From NCBI RefSeq assembly GCF_000497125.1, contig NC_090601.1:1364001-1428000 (forward strand): a stretch of 64,000 nt of DNA. Direction: 5' to 3'. This stretch comes from Spironucleus salmonicida (lineage: Eukaryota). The translations under genes were made by a program, and so were the position numbers. Below, piece after piece: positions 50,207-61,482 of the stretch (position 1 is its first letter; every line of letters starts with the position of its first letter). The notes below the pieces were generated by a model. The model saw only the letters and a program-made list of their open reading frames with translations. It was not told where the DNA came from and searched no databases.

Positions 50207-50752
50207 ATGGACCTTAATGAAGAACAATTTGCTCGTTTATATGAAAACTGTATGAAATTATATACTTATAGACATATTGATTAACCGACTTGCCAAACTC
50301 CAGATTTCTCTCGAGTAAATTCTATAGACGCTTTACATTTAGCCACAAAAAATTTAGTAATATCATTTAATCAGAAATATAGTTCTGGAACAGTTATATA
50401 AGCTGCTGCTTGTGCACATAAATATAATTCTAAAAATGCTCTTTTAATTGTTTTTGAAGATATTCCATTGAAAAAAACTCGTTCTATAGATCAAAATGGT
50501 GTTCACGTAAAAGTTATTAACGCTAACGATATGTTATAAGATATCTTTGAGCATCCTTTAGTACCTAGATAGAGGCTCCTGAATGATGATGAAAAGGTTA
50601 CAATTATGAATAGAATGCATGTTAGTTTAGAATAAATGGCAAAAATGAGTATAGATGACCCAGTGAGTGTTAGATTAGGTGCCTTAAGGGGTGATATAGT
50701 TGAGATAGAAAGAGGCCAAAAGGACGATATTTTCTATAGAGCAGTTTTGTGA
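50207..50752 (+). CDS. RPB5: RNA polymerase subunit RPB5 homologue, divergent (181 aa)
   Basis: EHPLVPRQRLL, DDPVSVRLGALRGDIVEIER, FYRAV. Confidence 0.85.
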
Positions 50753-50780
50753 TATTTTTCATTTCACTTATCTTTCCTTA

Positions 50781-51200
50781 ATGAGTTACGAGAAAAATCT
50801 TATTCTTTCTATTGAAAATATTGGACTCCTAGGTTACAAGAACAATGAATTAGACAAGTATTTTGAATCAGAAACGGAAGAAATTGGGGATTAACGTGTT
50901 AGTAGGGAATTACTATAGATTATATTTAAGGTATTTGGAAAAATCGCTAACATTCAGTATTAGTTTGGTGATACTAGTGCATCCATTAGGTTTGATGTTA
51001 ATTCTAAAGAGGCAACCGCGAAAGCGTTGGCAGCATTCGAATCTAAGCCCCTTATTTTGGGTAAGAAAGTAGCTATTTTAAATCTGATTACGGGATAGAA
51101 AGAATAGTTAATATATGCACATATAAACAAAGGACAAACAGCTAGAAAGGAAAAATATACCAAAAAAAGAGGAGCTAGATAACTCAAAAATAAAGAGTGA
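50781..51200 (+). CDS. Stand-alone La-type RRM2/xRRM protein (139 aa)
   Basis: VSRELLQIIFKVFGKIANIQYQFGDTSASIRF...LNLITGQKEQLIYAHI followed by a basic tail. Confidence 0.65.
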
Positions 51201-51211
51201 ACATAAATTGC

Positions 51212-51754
51212 TCATAGCTTACTGACCTCGTCCATGAATATTTCGAATACGTTGAGGTCCATAGTTTGTATGCCTAGCTTGCTTAGGATACGCTACGCTT
51301 CCCGTTGTTCGATGGGCATGCCGAGTGCAGTCATAATGCGCTACAAAGAAGTATCATTCAAGAGAAGCCGCGAGTCACATGCAGCGTAGAAAAGAATTTA
51401 CGTTATGTCAGGTTGGCGTACATATTCGAGGGCCCGGAAAGCCTCGTCTTTGCTGAAGTCTGCACTAAGGGCCGTCTATAGTACATCATCTAGTGTATCC
51501 TCTGGCAGATCAGGGAAGTTTATAGCAGCTTCTTATCTAATAGTTTTGTACTCCTCGATGTCGAGCGGCATTCGGAAGGGTAGATTAACTAGACCCTTCT
51601 CTTTATAGAATGTAACCGGACCTGCCTCGCGCCAGTACTCATCAGTTGAACTCACTCGACGCTGGTATTACCGCCATAGATGTCATGGGATAGTCTAACC
51701 GGCACGATGGGTTCTGTGCAGAGCTAACTGGATTTCTGTCCTCCCTTGCTCCAT
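51212..51754 (-). CDS. Degenerate EF-hand-like protein; frame from ATG 51754 contains one in-frame TGA (51683-51685); alternative start 51571
   Basis: C-terminal LQRIMTALGMPIEQREAQRIL...MDLNVFEIFM resembles calmodulin/centrin lobes. Confidence 0.55.
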
Positions 51755-51867
51755 GCCTACCGTAAATGAGTATTGTACTACGTGAAAAAATCCCAAAAGA
51801 TTCATATAAAAATAGTATAGTCTCTAGTGTCAACCATTTTGTAGATATTGATGGTCCAATTTTGCCG

Positions 51868-52374
51868 ATGAGGGTCGGTGGTGAAATTCCTACCAGAATT
51901 GACAGTATATATCAAGATACGAGAGAAACTCTATCAGAAATTATTCTTCCGATAGCTCCTATATCTACCGAATTAATAACACCTCAAGCTTGTGCAAAAA
52001 TTTCCCAGATTATAGATTAAGTCACTAAGCAAGATATCACCATCGAGACCCCAGAGACTCTAAAGCAGATAACTGTGCCCCAGTAGTCTGCAATACGATA
52101 AAATGCGTAGCCACCCCGAGAGTTGGAACAGATCCAATAATACCTCTAATTAGCTGCAGTATACCAAAATTCATACGAGTTAGAGGCTGCCAGAAGTTAT
52201 CAGCAGGCTCGTGAAGCCCTTGAACGAGGTAGTGAGAGCGAGGCGGTAGGATACCTATACCAGCGGCGAAGGGTCCTGGGTGGCCTAGAGAAACTGGCTA
52301 CCAAGGTACGCGAACTAGAAGCCGCTGCAGAATAATATTGGAGCGCTGAGCTAGCTGAATTGGGGCGTGAGTGA
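51868..52374 (+). CDS. Hypothetical helical protein (168 aa; frame is open from ATG 51766); C-terminus weakly Snf7/CHMP7-like
   Basis: Code-6 ORF ending GAG-TGA; AREALERGSESEAVGYLYQRRRVLGGLEKL. Confidence 0.6.
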
Positions 52375-53362
52375 GTCAAAAGAGTAACAAACAAAGCGTT
52401 ATTAATATTCCGCATGATATTAGGAAACACGTGCGTAAACAGCAATAAACCATTAGATATCCATCATATGTGTGGACAATAATTGGATTGTATCGTGCAG
52501 GTAAGATTTGAATGTGTTACAGGCGTTCTATATTAATAAGTATGTCATCCATTGTTTAACTGTTAATATTATATAAGATACTCTAAATAAATGAAATGGA
52601 TTCAAAATGAAAATTGAAATTTTCTCTGTAAAAACGTTCGTAAATAAATAAATATTATTATATGATAATTATTAAATACTTAAATATAATTTGATATGGA
52701 AAGCTATAATTTTCAAATTTAACTTTTGACTGTGTCGGTACTATTTCAAGTTTCCAACCTAAACTTAAGTTTTATTGTTGTTATGAAAAATTAGCAGTAG
52801 TAGTACAAACTTGCAAAAATTATTTTGTATAACTTTATAAAAATTAGCTAGCAAATTATATTTTTATATAATATACTAGCAAAATTTATGTTTAACATTA
52901 AAAATCAGTAATGAAAATACTGATCAGGGAAGATGATTATTAAATCATTAATGTATTAGGTTTTTTTTAATGTTCTGTGGCAACAGTTTGAAATATATGT
53001 GAGTTGAATTACTTATAATTTAATCCATTGATGCTGTAGAATATACTTTAATTAAGAAGAAATATGGAAATGAAGAAAATAGTTTTACCAACTGAACTCA
53101 CTAAAATGTAAATTATTACACCTAGTATGTCTAACATAGTATGATATAGAGAATACGAAAGTGTTAGCTTTAATATTATATGCATGATCAGTTAGTCGTA
53201 AATTTATAAATTAACGGATTTTATACTAGATCTGGTATTTTTAGTTGAAGGTGAATTCTGGGAAAATAATTTTATCATTCTATCATTTTTACCTTTAAAG
53301 AAAAAAATGATTACGTAGTTACGATTATAGTTTTTAACCTATTCAATAATTTGAATGTAGAG

Positions 53363-53689
53363 TCAGAGCATACTAGCAGAGTCTTCGCCGCACTGATAAA
53401 TAAAGTGCTCGACGGAGCCAGCAAAGTGCTTAAAATTGCTAGCGTACTGCTCCAGCTGCTACGCGTCGTAGTTGTCGAACAGGCGACCGGACTCCGTCTA
53501 GTTGTACAGCTGGCCGATGTTTATCAACTACTGGTCAAACCGAACCTCGTCGTTCGAGATTTCGCAGTCCAGGGCAGAAGACTACTTCACAATTTTATAA
53601 TAATGAGACTATAACGGCGTGATAACATTCTATATCTCCTCCATATCGTTTTATTGATCGTGATTATATTTAGACTCTTCTGTGCCCAT
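53363..53689 (-). CDS. Small MGxxxS protein (108 aa), copy 2
   Basis: Copy of 45318..45644 with two substitutions seen. Confidence 0.7.
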
Positions 53690-54231
53690 TTTAGATTGAA
53701 AACAATTGATAGAGTATATACTTTCATAAGTTTATATTTTTGTTTAACTGTAAAAATCCTCAGGATAATAGCAATAAATTATTCATATATACCGAGATGA
53801 TTTTCTAATCATCTGAGATATACATATATTATATTTCCTATAGAATTATATTTAATCCACAAATTAAGTATTGAGTTTAGCTACCTGTTAGAAATATGAT
53901 TAAGAATTATACAACTATCGAATGATATTGTGATTCTATTACCATATGTACGTTTACTGCATATATAAAATCAATATGCTTTAATTCTTTTTTCTAATTA
54001 TTTCAGATCAATAAAATTATAATACTATTGTTAATTTCTACATTTCTTACAATTTTATATCGTGGTAGTGTTTTATTAAATCTTATTATTTCCTAAGATT
54101 CCTTTAATGACAAAATTAAGTAAGTATTCATATTACAGTTATATTCATTCGCTATTATTTTACTTTAGCATTGCAATTCTCATATATTTGTATTGTGTTT
54201 ATATTATATAATATGGCACACATTCTCCAGA

Positions 54232-54717
54232 ATGTCCTATCTGAACGTGATCAAGTAGCAGCAGACCGAAATTTCCCAGCTGAGGGAACAGGTCGCACTG
54301 CTAACATCCACACCACTCCTCCGGGAGATCGACTCCAGAATCGCGAGCAGCCTGGAGCCGCAGATGCTCCTCTACACGCAGCAGGTCGCCCCGCTCATGG
54401 CCGAGAACCAGCGCCTGAAGGAGGTCATCGCGGACCTCACCGCACGCCTCACCGCCTCCCAGGCCGACTCTCTGCGGGAAGCACACTTCGGCGGCCCCGG
54501 ATCGGACCGCGAGCCCCCGAGGCAGTATGCGGCGTGCCCCGGCGGTTCCCACGGCACCCTGCTGGATAACCTGTTCGCAGAGCTGCAGGAGGAGCGGCGC
54601 ATGCGCAAGGCGGCCCAGGGACAGCTAGCGCAGCAGGAGCGGTACGGGACCTACATGGAGAACGCGTTCCGGAACGTGGTGCAGGCCCAGAGCGCAGCAC
54701 CTGTGTTCAGTGAGTGA
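54232..54717 (+). CDS. GC-rich coiled-coil protein (161 aa), copy 2
   Basis: Track translations identical to 46187..46672. Confidence 0.75.
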
Positions 54718-55430
54718 GGCGGTTGGATTGCAAGGCTCATTAGCACAGCCGCTATGGCAGAAACGGCGGCACCGCTAGCGCGGGCCTCGCCCAACGGGAA
54801 ACTCTCCCTCTACGATGCTGGCAGCTCGGTGGTGCTGGGGAGGACGTGTGCTAAGACTGATTGTCAAGTAATCATTTGTTCTAGCATAGCTATATTATAT
54901 TATAGATACATATCCCTGCTATTCTGCATTCGATTATTTAAAGCTATTCGAAACGATTTACAAATCATAAATTTGTAATATATATGATTAGATATTAGTA
55001 TTTCTACCTTTTGTTTCCTATATGGTGTAGCATATTTTTGAAATAAATAAAATTAAAACTATAAATGATGCATTTTATAGCATTCACTTAATTTTAATTA
55101 AAAAATTATTTTATTTTGCTTAAAAATTTATAGCGATAATAATTTAATAATTTACTTATCAGAACAAGGAACAATTATTTATCTGAGATTTTATTTAGTA
55201 TATTTTACATAATTGAAAAACTAATGAAGATGAGTATATTAATGGATAACTCTCGATTAAGAAAAGACTAAACCATATATTTAATATTCTATATTAAAAT
55301 AAAATATTTTCTTTAAAAATTAAAAACATTATCTTATAAACACCGAATTGCTATCAAACAGTAGAAATTATACCACCTTAGAAATTATAACTTATTGATA
55401 ATATAAATAAATTCTTTATAAAAGTGAAAT

Positions 55431-55574
55431 TCACTTTTTCTTACCATTAGCCTTTTATTTAGCTTTTTCAGCAGCCATAGACTTCATTTTATCTTGTTTA
55501 ATCTTTTCCTCTTCAGACATATTCTTCTCTTTATCAGCCTTTCTTGCTTCCTTATTTCCGGAATAATCAACCAT
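55431..55574 (-). CDS. 47 aa Lys-rich microprotein, TMA7-like
   Basis: MVDYSGNKEARKADKEKNMSEEEKIKQDKMKSMAAEKAKQKANGKKK; tandem paralogue adjacent. Confidence 0.65.
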
Positions 55575-55643
55575 TCAAAGGAATGGTAAAATGCTGATAC
55601 GTTAAAAAATATAGTCATATTTATTATTTAATAGTGCATTAGT

Positions 55644-55790
55644 TCACTTTTTCTTACCATTAGATTTTACGTTAGCTTTTTCAGCAGCAATTGATTTCAT
55701 CTTGGCTAAATAAGCAACTTACTCGGGGTCCATCTTAGCAGTCTTATCAGCCTTTCTGGCCTCTTTATTAGTATCCTTATCCATGACCAT
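55644..55790 (-). CDS. 48 aa Lys-rich microprotein, TMA7-like
   Basis: MVMDKDTNKEARKADKTAKMDPEQVAYLAKMKSIAAEKANVKSNGKKK. Confidence 0.65.
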
Positions 55791-55900
55791 TACGAAAATT
55801 AGAAGGAAAATAAGGAAGGTAGAAAACTAAGATATATCAGTGTATTATACCATTAAATTAGTTATATAATATAAATAAATAAGGAATGTATAGTATCTTC

Positions 55901-58351
55901 TCACTTACAAGCATGGTATCTGCCCATTTTTGTTCTTCCACTCATGCTAATAGCTGGCCCATGTAATCCGCCTCTAACATTATACATACCAACACCAGGG
56001 TTCGTATTTAAATGAGAGTCGTCATGTCGCGATTTCATAGTATAGGCAGGGGACCTAGTAGACACTTGCTAGTCGGTAGGTCTATATTAGGCAGGACCTG
56101 GTGATGCTGTATAGTCTTTGGTATTGTGCCTCCCAGATAGAGAGAAAGCAACTGCTTCCGTTCCAGTGGCCTTATACTTTTCAGTTCCATATGCGTTAGG
56201 GCCTGGGTTGGTATTTCTGAAGGAAGTAGCATGTCTACCAGAAAGCGTATACGCAGGTTACCGATCTAAGGTCTAATTCATCTGAGGAGTATAGGCTCCA
56301 GGACCAGGGACGGATTTCTTATCGAATTAAGCATGTCTTCCAGACAATGTATATGAAGGTGATTTGTTTGCAACCTGGTTTCTATCAGGTGTATAAGCGT
56401 TGGGGGCAGGGTTTGCCTGCTTGTTATTTAAGTTATGTCTCCCAGATAAAGTATATGCAGGAGATCTATCTTACACCTAGCCATAAGAGTTAGTATATGC
56501 TCCTGGCCCTGGTGTATCAGATGGCTTACCAGTCTAATGACGGCCTGCTAATGTCGTTCCTTATTTAGACAATGTCGAATAGTGTTCGTAAGCTCCAGCT
56601 CCTGGTGTGTTGAATCCTGATTTTGTATCATGGCGGGATTTAAGAGAGTATGCCGGAGAACGTGTTGAGGTTTAAGCAGATTGAGGCCTATACTAAGCAG
56701 GGCCCGGCGAGGCAGTATAATCTTTAGTGTTATGTCTGCCAGAAAGGGAGAAAGCTACAGCATCAGTACCAGTGGCCTTATATTTCTCGGTCCCGTACGC
56801 ATTTGGTCCTGGATTTGTGTTTCTGAAAGAAGTCGCGTGCCTACCTGATAATGTATACGCTGGTCTCCTATCAGTTGTTTAATTCATTTGAGGTGTATAA
56901 GCACCAGGGCCAGGTACAGATTTTTTATCAAACTGTGCATGCCTACCAGATAAAGTATAAGAAGGCTATTATTTCATAGTTTAATTCCGTACTGGGGTGT
57001 ATGCATTTGGAGCAGGAACTGATTTCTTATCAAATTAATTATGTCTTCCAGATAAAGTATAGGCAGGTGCGGCAGAAGAAATTTGGCCGTATTAGTTAGA
57101 ATAAGCCCCAGGGCCTGGAGTATCTGAGATTTTCCCAGTTGTATTTCTTCCTGATAAAGTTGAACCAATTTTTGATAATGTAGACTGATGGTCATAAGCA
57201 CCAGCGCCTGGAGTATTATATCCAGTTTTTATTTCGTGTCGCGATTTCATAGTATAGGCAGGGGACCTAGTAGACACTTGCTAGTCGGTAGGTCTATATT
57301 AGGCAGGACCTGGTGATGCTGTATAGTCTTTGGTATTGTGCCTCCCAGATAGAGAGAAAGCAACTGCTTCCGTTCCAGTGGCCTTATACTTTTCAGTTCC
57401 ATATGCGTTAGGGCCTGGGTTGGTATTTCTGAAGGAAGTAGCATGTCTACCAGAAAGCGTATACGCAGGTTACCGATCTAAGGTCTAATTCATCTGAGGA
57501 GTATAGGCTCCAGGACCAGGGACGGATTTCTTATCGAATTAAGCATGTCTTCCAGACAATGTATATGAAGGTGATTTGTTTGCAACCTGGTTTCTATCAG
57601 GTGTATAAGCGTTGGGGGCAGGGTTTGCCTGCTTGTTATTTAAGTTATGTCTCCCAGATAAAGTATATGCAGGAGATCTATCTTACACCTAGCCATAAGA
57701 GTTAGTATATGCTCCTGGCCCTGGTGTATCAGATGGCTTACCAGTCTAATGACGGCCTGCTAATGTCGTTCCTTATTTAGACAATGTCGAATAGTGTTCG
57801 TAAGCTCCAGCTCCTGGTGTGTTGAATCCTGATTTTGTATCATGGCGGGATTTAAGAGAGTATGCCGGAGAACGTGTTGAGGTTTAAGCAGATTGAGGCC
57901 TATACTAAGCAGGGCCCGGCGAGGCAGTATAATCTTTAGTGTTATGTCTGCCAGAAAGGGAGAAAGCTACAGCATCAGTACCAGTGGCCTTATATTTCTC
58001 GGTCCCGTACGCATTTGGTCCTGGATTTGTGTTCCCTCTTTAAAATTTATGTCTTCCAGAAAGAGTGAAAGCAGGAGATCTATCTGAAGTTTAGTTTATT
58101 TATGGATTATAGGCACCAGGCCCAGGTACAGATTTTTTATCAAACTCTGCATGCCTCCCTGCTAGGGTATAAGAAGGTGGTGACTTAAATGTGTCTTTAG
58201 GATTATATGCATTAGGACCTGGGTTAGTAGCATTTATTTTTTAGGGATGTCTCCCAGCTAAGGAGAACTTAGGTGATTAAAATAACGTGGATTGTATTCC
58301 ATAACCACCTGGTCCAGGACCATCAGTAGTATAATCATACCAATCTGACAT
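55901..58351 (-). CDS. SHIPPO/STPG (PGPGxY) repeat axonemal protein (816 aa)
   Basis: More than 20 repeats of the type PGPGAY...SPAYTLSGRH. Confidence 0.9.
56025..58033. repeat. Intragenic duplication: 56025..56821 = 57237..58033 (offset 1212), built on a 606 nt higher-order unit
   Basis: No differences seen over about 797 bp; a more diverged similarity appears at offset 606. Confidence 0.9.
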
Positions 58352-58448
58352 TTTTGGAATGAAGGAAAAATTTTAATGGCGGTATTTCTCAGTAACTATT
58401 ATATTTTATAATACTTAACTTTCTAACTAAAAACTCATAAGAAATACT

Positions 58449-58715
58449 TCATTCTTTCTCATCAAATCCTGTCCAAATTTCATTGAAGCTCTCATAACTC
58501 TCCATAAATGATAAAATCATCTTCCTCAGCTTCTTTTAGTCTACGGCAAACATTTTTACAACCAGCACAGTTCCATCTAATTCGAACTATAAATTTTCAG
58601 CTTCATCTAAAATAACATGACTCCCCAAAACCTAAATAGCTCCACTAGCCATCTTTTAATCAACCTATGGCAGTCTCATCACACTGGTAAAATTATTTTT
58701 CCTTTCCCCGTCCAT
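58449..58715 (-). CDS. KEOPS subunit Pcc1/LAGE3-like (88 aa; in-frame ATG also at 58721)
   Basis: MASGAIQVL...FELDGTVLVVKMFAVDQKKLRKMILSFMESY matches the Pcc1 pattern and size. Confidence 0.6.
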
Positions 58716-58746
58716 TTTCATATTTATAAAATTACTATATAATAAT

Positions 58747-59391
58747 TCACTTTTACTTTCGAATTTGTTCAAAATCGTCAATTTTGATTTTGAACGTCAT
58801 AACGCCATCCTTATCATAACCCTGACTAATCCCTGAGGACGAGCAAACTTGCTACTTCGGAACTGGCTTTTTAAGGGTTTTAACGGGTTTTTCAGGCACT
58901 CCCTATGCCTTTACGGCCGAAAATTCAGCATTCTTCGCCATTTCGGGTTTTCTGCACTATGCTGTCTTAGCTTGTTATATCACCTACTTCTCCCTTTCCA
59001 CTTCTTTTCCCTTCCTTTCAACGCTCCCTTATATCACTTCTTCAGCTTCACTTAAAGTCCTCTGAATTTCAGAAAAATCGAAAGTCGCCCGCGGCAAATT
59101 TGGAACGCGGGAGCGCGAAATCGGCCGCGAAATGACAATTTCGGAGTTCGAATTTGAATTTGAATTCAAAATTTCGCTCACAGAAATCGATTTCGCGCGC
59201 GAAGGAGCGAGCGATTTTTGCGATTTCAAGATTTTGATTTCCTGTTGAAGTTCCAGAATTGTGCTCTCCTGCTGGGACACAATTTCCTGCAAATTGCTGA
59301 TTTTGTTGATTAGGAGCAAATGATCGATTTGGGGCGTTTCCGGGGTCTAGGAATTCGGTTAGAGCCTTGAAAACAATTTTTGAATGTTCAT
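58747..59391 (-). CDS. Hypothetical coiled-coil/low-complexity protein (214 aa)
   Basis: Code-6 extension of track ORF 59029..59319; ends AAG-TGA. Confidence 0.65.
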
Positions 59392-59451
59392 TGGAATGAA
59401 AATATAATATGAAAATTAATATATAATAATATATAAAATCTTTCCGCATAA

Positions 59452-61419
59452 ATGACAACATCGCCTTTTAAAGCGGTTAACAATGAGGGCTCACCAAGGT
59501 ACGTACGTGGAGAGGCAGATTAAATTCTAGGGCAAAATCCATAGTTAGGATAGGTTTTTGTCGATATAGGTGAGCCAATTTAAGGAAAAACGACACACAA
59601 TCTCGGGTCAGAAAACGAAAATTTCACTGCACAAAATGTTAATCCAGCAAATACTGTAATTAATCTTCAGCATAAATAAGCAGCTTCGATAGAGGAGCTG
59701 CAAAATGAGGAATTTGGTTAAGATTATTAGGAGATTACATATATGGATGAGAGTGGAAATCAGATAACAGAAGTCGTAAAAATTTGTGCAAAAGGAGAAA
59801 AGGCAGGTGATTTCTAGGAATTAAGTTTTATAGATTAGAATGGTTAAAAATAGACTAAAACGGTGCGCATTAACAATGTTGATACCGAGTTTTAACTACT
59901 GACTTATATTGATGATAATGGTGTAGAAGTTACTAAGTAGGTTAAAATAAGTAATCGTGTTGACAATACGGATGGTACATAAATTATAACATTTGAAGAT
60001 GAAAACGGGAAAATAATAATTTAAAATATTGATGTTTAGTCTTAAATCCAGTTAAATAATAATAGCGATTAACAGAGTTTAGTTGGTGCAGTGGAAGATT
60101 AAACAGTGTATTAACCTAGTTAAAATTAGGCATAAAGTTCAAAAACTAAGTTTAGTACTGAGGTTAGTGGTGTCTAATAGTACACAAATTTAAAAGAAAT
60201 AGAATGCTAAGATTTGTAAGAGAACACGCATATTGTTAAGCAACAAGAATTGTAAATTGAACCAGATACCTAAGATATTTCATAAAAATAAGAATATGTA
60301 ACAAGTGATTAACCAGAAATAACTGAAAACTAAAATATAATATCTGACGTATAGAAATAATCTGCTAGAAAAATTGTACCTTAAACATAGCCTGTTGAAT
60401 ATGAAACAATAACATATATAAATTCAACTGGTTAAGAAGTGACCGAAAAAGTAAGAATTAATAAGAGCAAAAAGTTATCTTAAGGATTTTCAGAAATTTA
60501 TACTATTGATAAAAATGGTATTGAAGTTATTAAAAAAGTCAAGATAATTAAATAGAATAATACTAAATCTCCTACTTAATAGCAGCAAAAGCCACCAGTT
60601 GTGAAAAAATAATAATCTGTACCTTCTACAAGATCACAAAATGCTTAGTTTTCCAGTAGATCAGAAAATCCACAATTATAATAGGTTACCTTTACTGACG
60701 AAAACGGTGAAATTTAAAATATTAGCGCGGAATATCTCTCAGTTGATACTATTGCATATACTGATGAAAATGGTAACAGAGTTGTTAAAAAAGTATAGAA
60801 TTTAAAGAAAAAAGCATAAAATTTTAGTGCAATTCCTTCAAAAACTAATTGCCACTAAGAGAATTATGTACCACCACAGATAAAACCTCATTAGCCACTA
60901 GTTATTCCTGAAGATATCAAATTTTCATCAGCAAAAATACTATCTGAAGAACTTGCAAAACGTAGATATGAAGCTTAGAAGAAACGTGAAAGCGAGCTAT
61001 AGAAAATTTTATAAGAAGAAGAGAGTAATAGAATAAACGAAGAAAAACGCAAAGCTGAAGAAAAACTTCGTATGAAAGAAGAACTAAGACGTAGATTATA
61101 GGAAAAATAAGAATTACGGAGATAAAGCTAAGAAACTGTAGTTGGCATGCCAGATATAGCTAAGGAGCAGTTGCGTATTTTCAAAGAAAAAGAAAAGAAA
61201 AGAAAATTATAGGAATTAGAAGAATAGGAACTAATTGAATAAGAGGCCAATTTAAAAAAAATGCAAAAAGAGGAAAAACTGAAAAAAGAAAAAGAAGCTA
61301 GGCTAGAAGCTGAAAGAAAAGTAAAAGAATAGAAAGAACTTAAAAATGTTCAAAAAATTGAACCTAAAATAGAAACGAAACCAGAAAAACCTGCCAAAAA
61401 AGTCTAATTAAAGAAGTGA
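59452..61419 (+). CDS. Protein with eight 'TYxDENG' beta-hairpin-like repeats and an E/K/R-rich helical tail (655 aa)
   Basis: Continuous code-6 ORF absent from the track; ends AAG-TGA. Confidence 0.8.
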
Positions 61420-61482
61420 TAATTTTATTAACAGGAGTTTCTAAATACTATCTTAATATATAATTAAACGCTAAAGTTAAAA

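Larger units (their letters stand above)
53363..54844. repeat. 1.48 kb direct duplication, copy 2
   Basis: Matches 45318..46799. Confidence 0.95.

Noticed and set aside
51660-51700. Intron or selenocysteine explanation for the in-frame TGA
   Set aside because: The nearest GT...AG span is 38 nt, breaks the frame and lacks GTATG and ACTAAC signals. There is no redox Cys-like context and only 11 bp before the convergent gene, leaving little room for a SECIS. Not formally excluded without a SECIS search.
52375-53362. Short ORFs in AT-rich spacers (also 4200-5000, 5470-6100, 8000-8460, 18800-19600, 23900-24700, 33600-34350)
   Set aside because: With one stop codon, chance ORFs are frequent; these show no motifs, paralogues or typical stop context.
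55901-58351. CRISPR-like or satellite array
   Set aside because: Repeats are in-frame coding units with synonymous variation in a eukaryotic gene.
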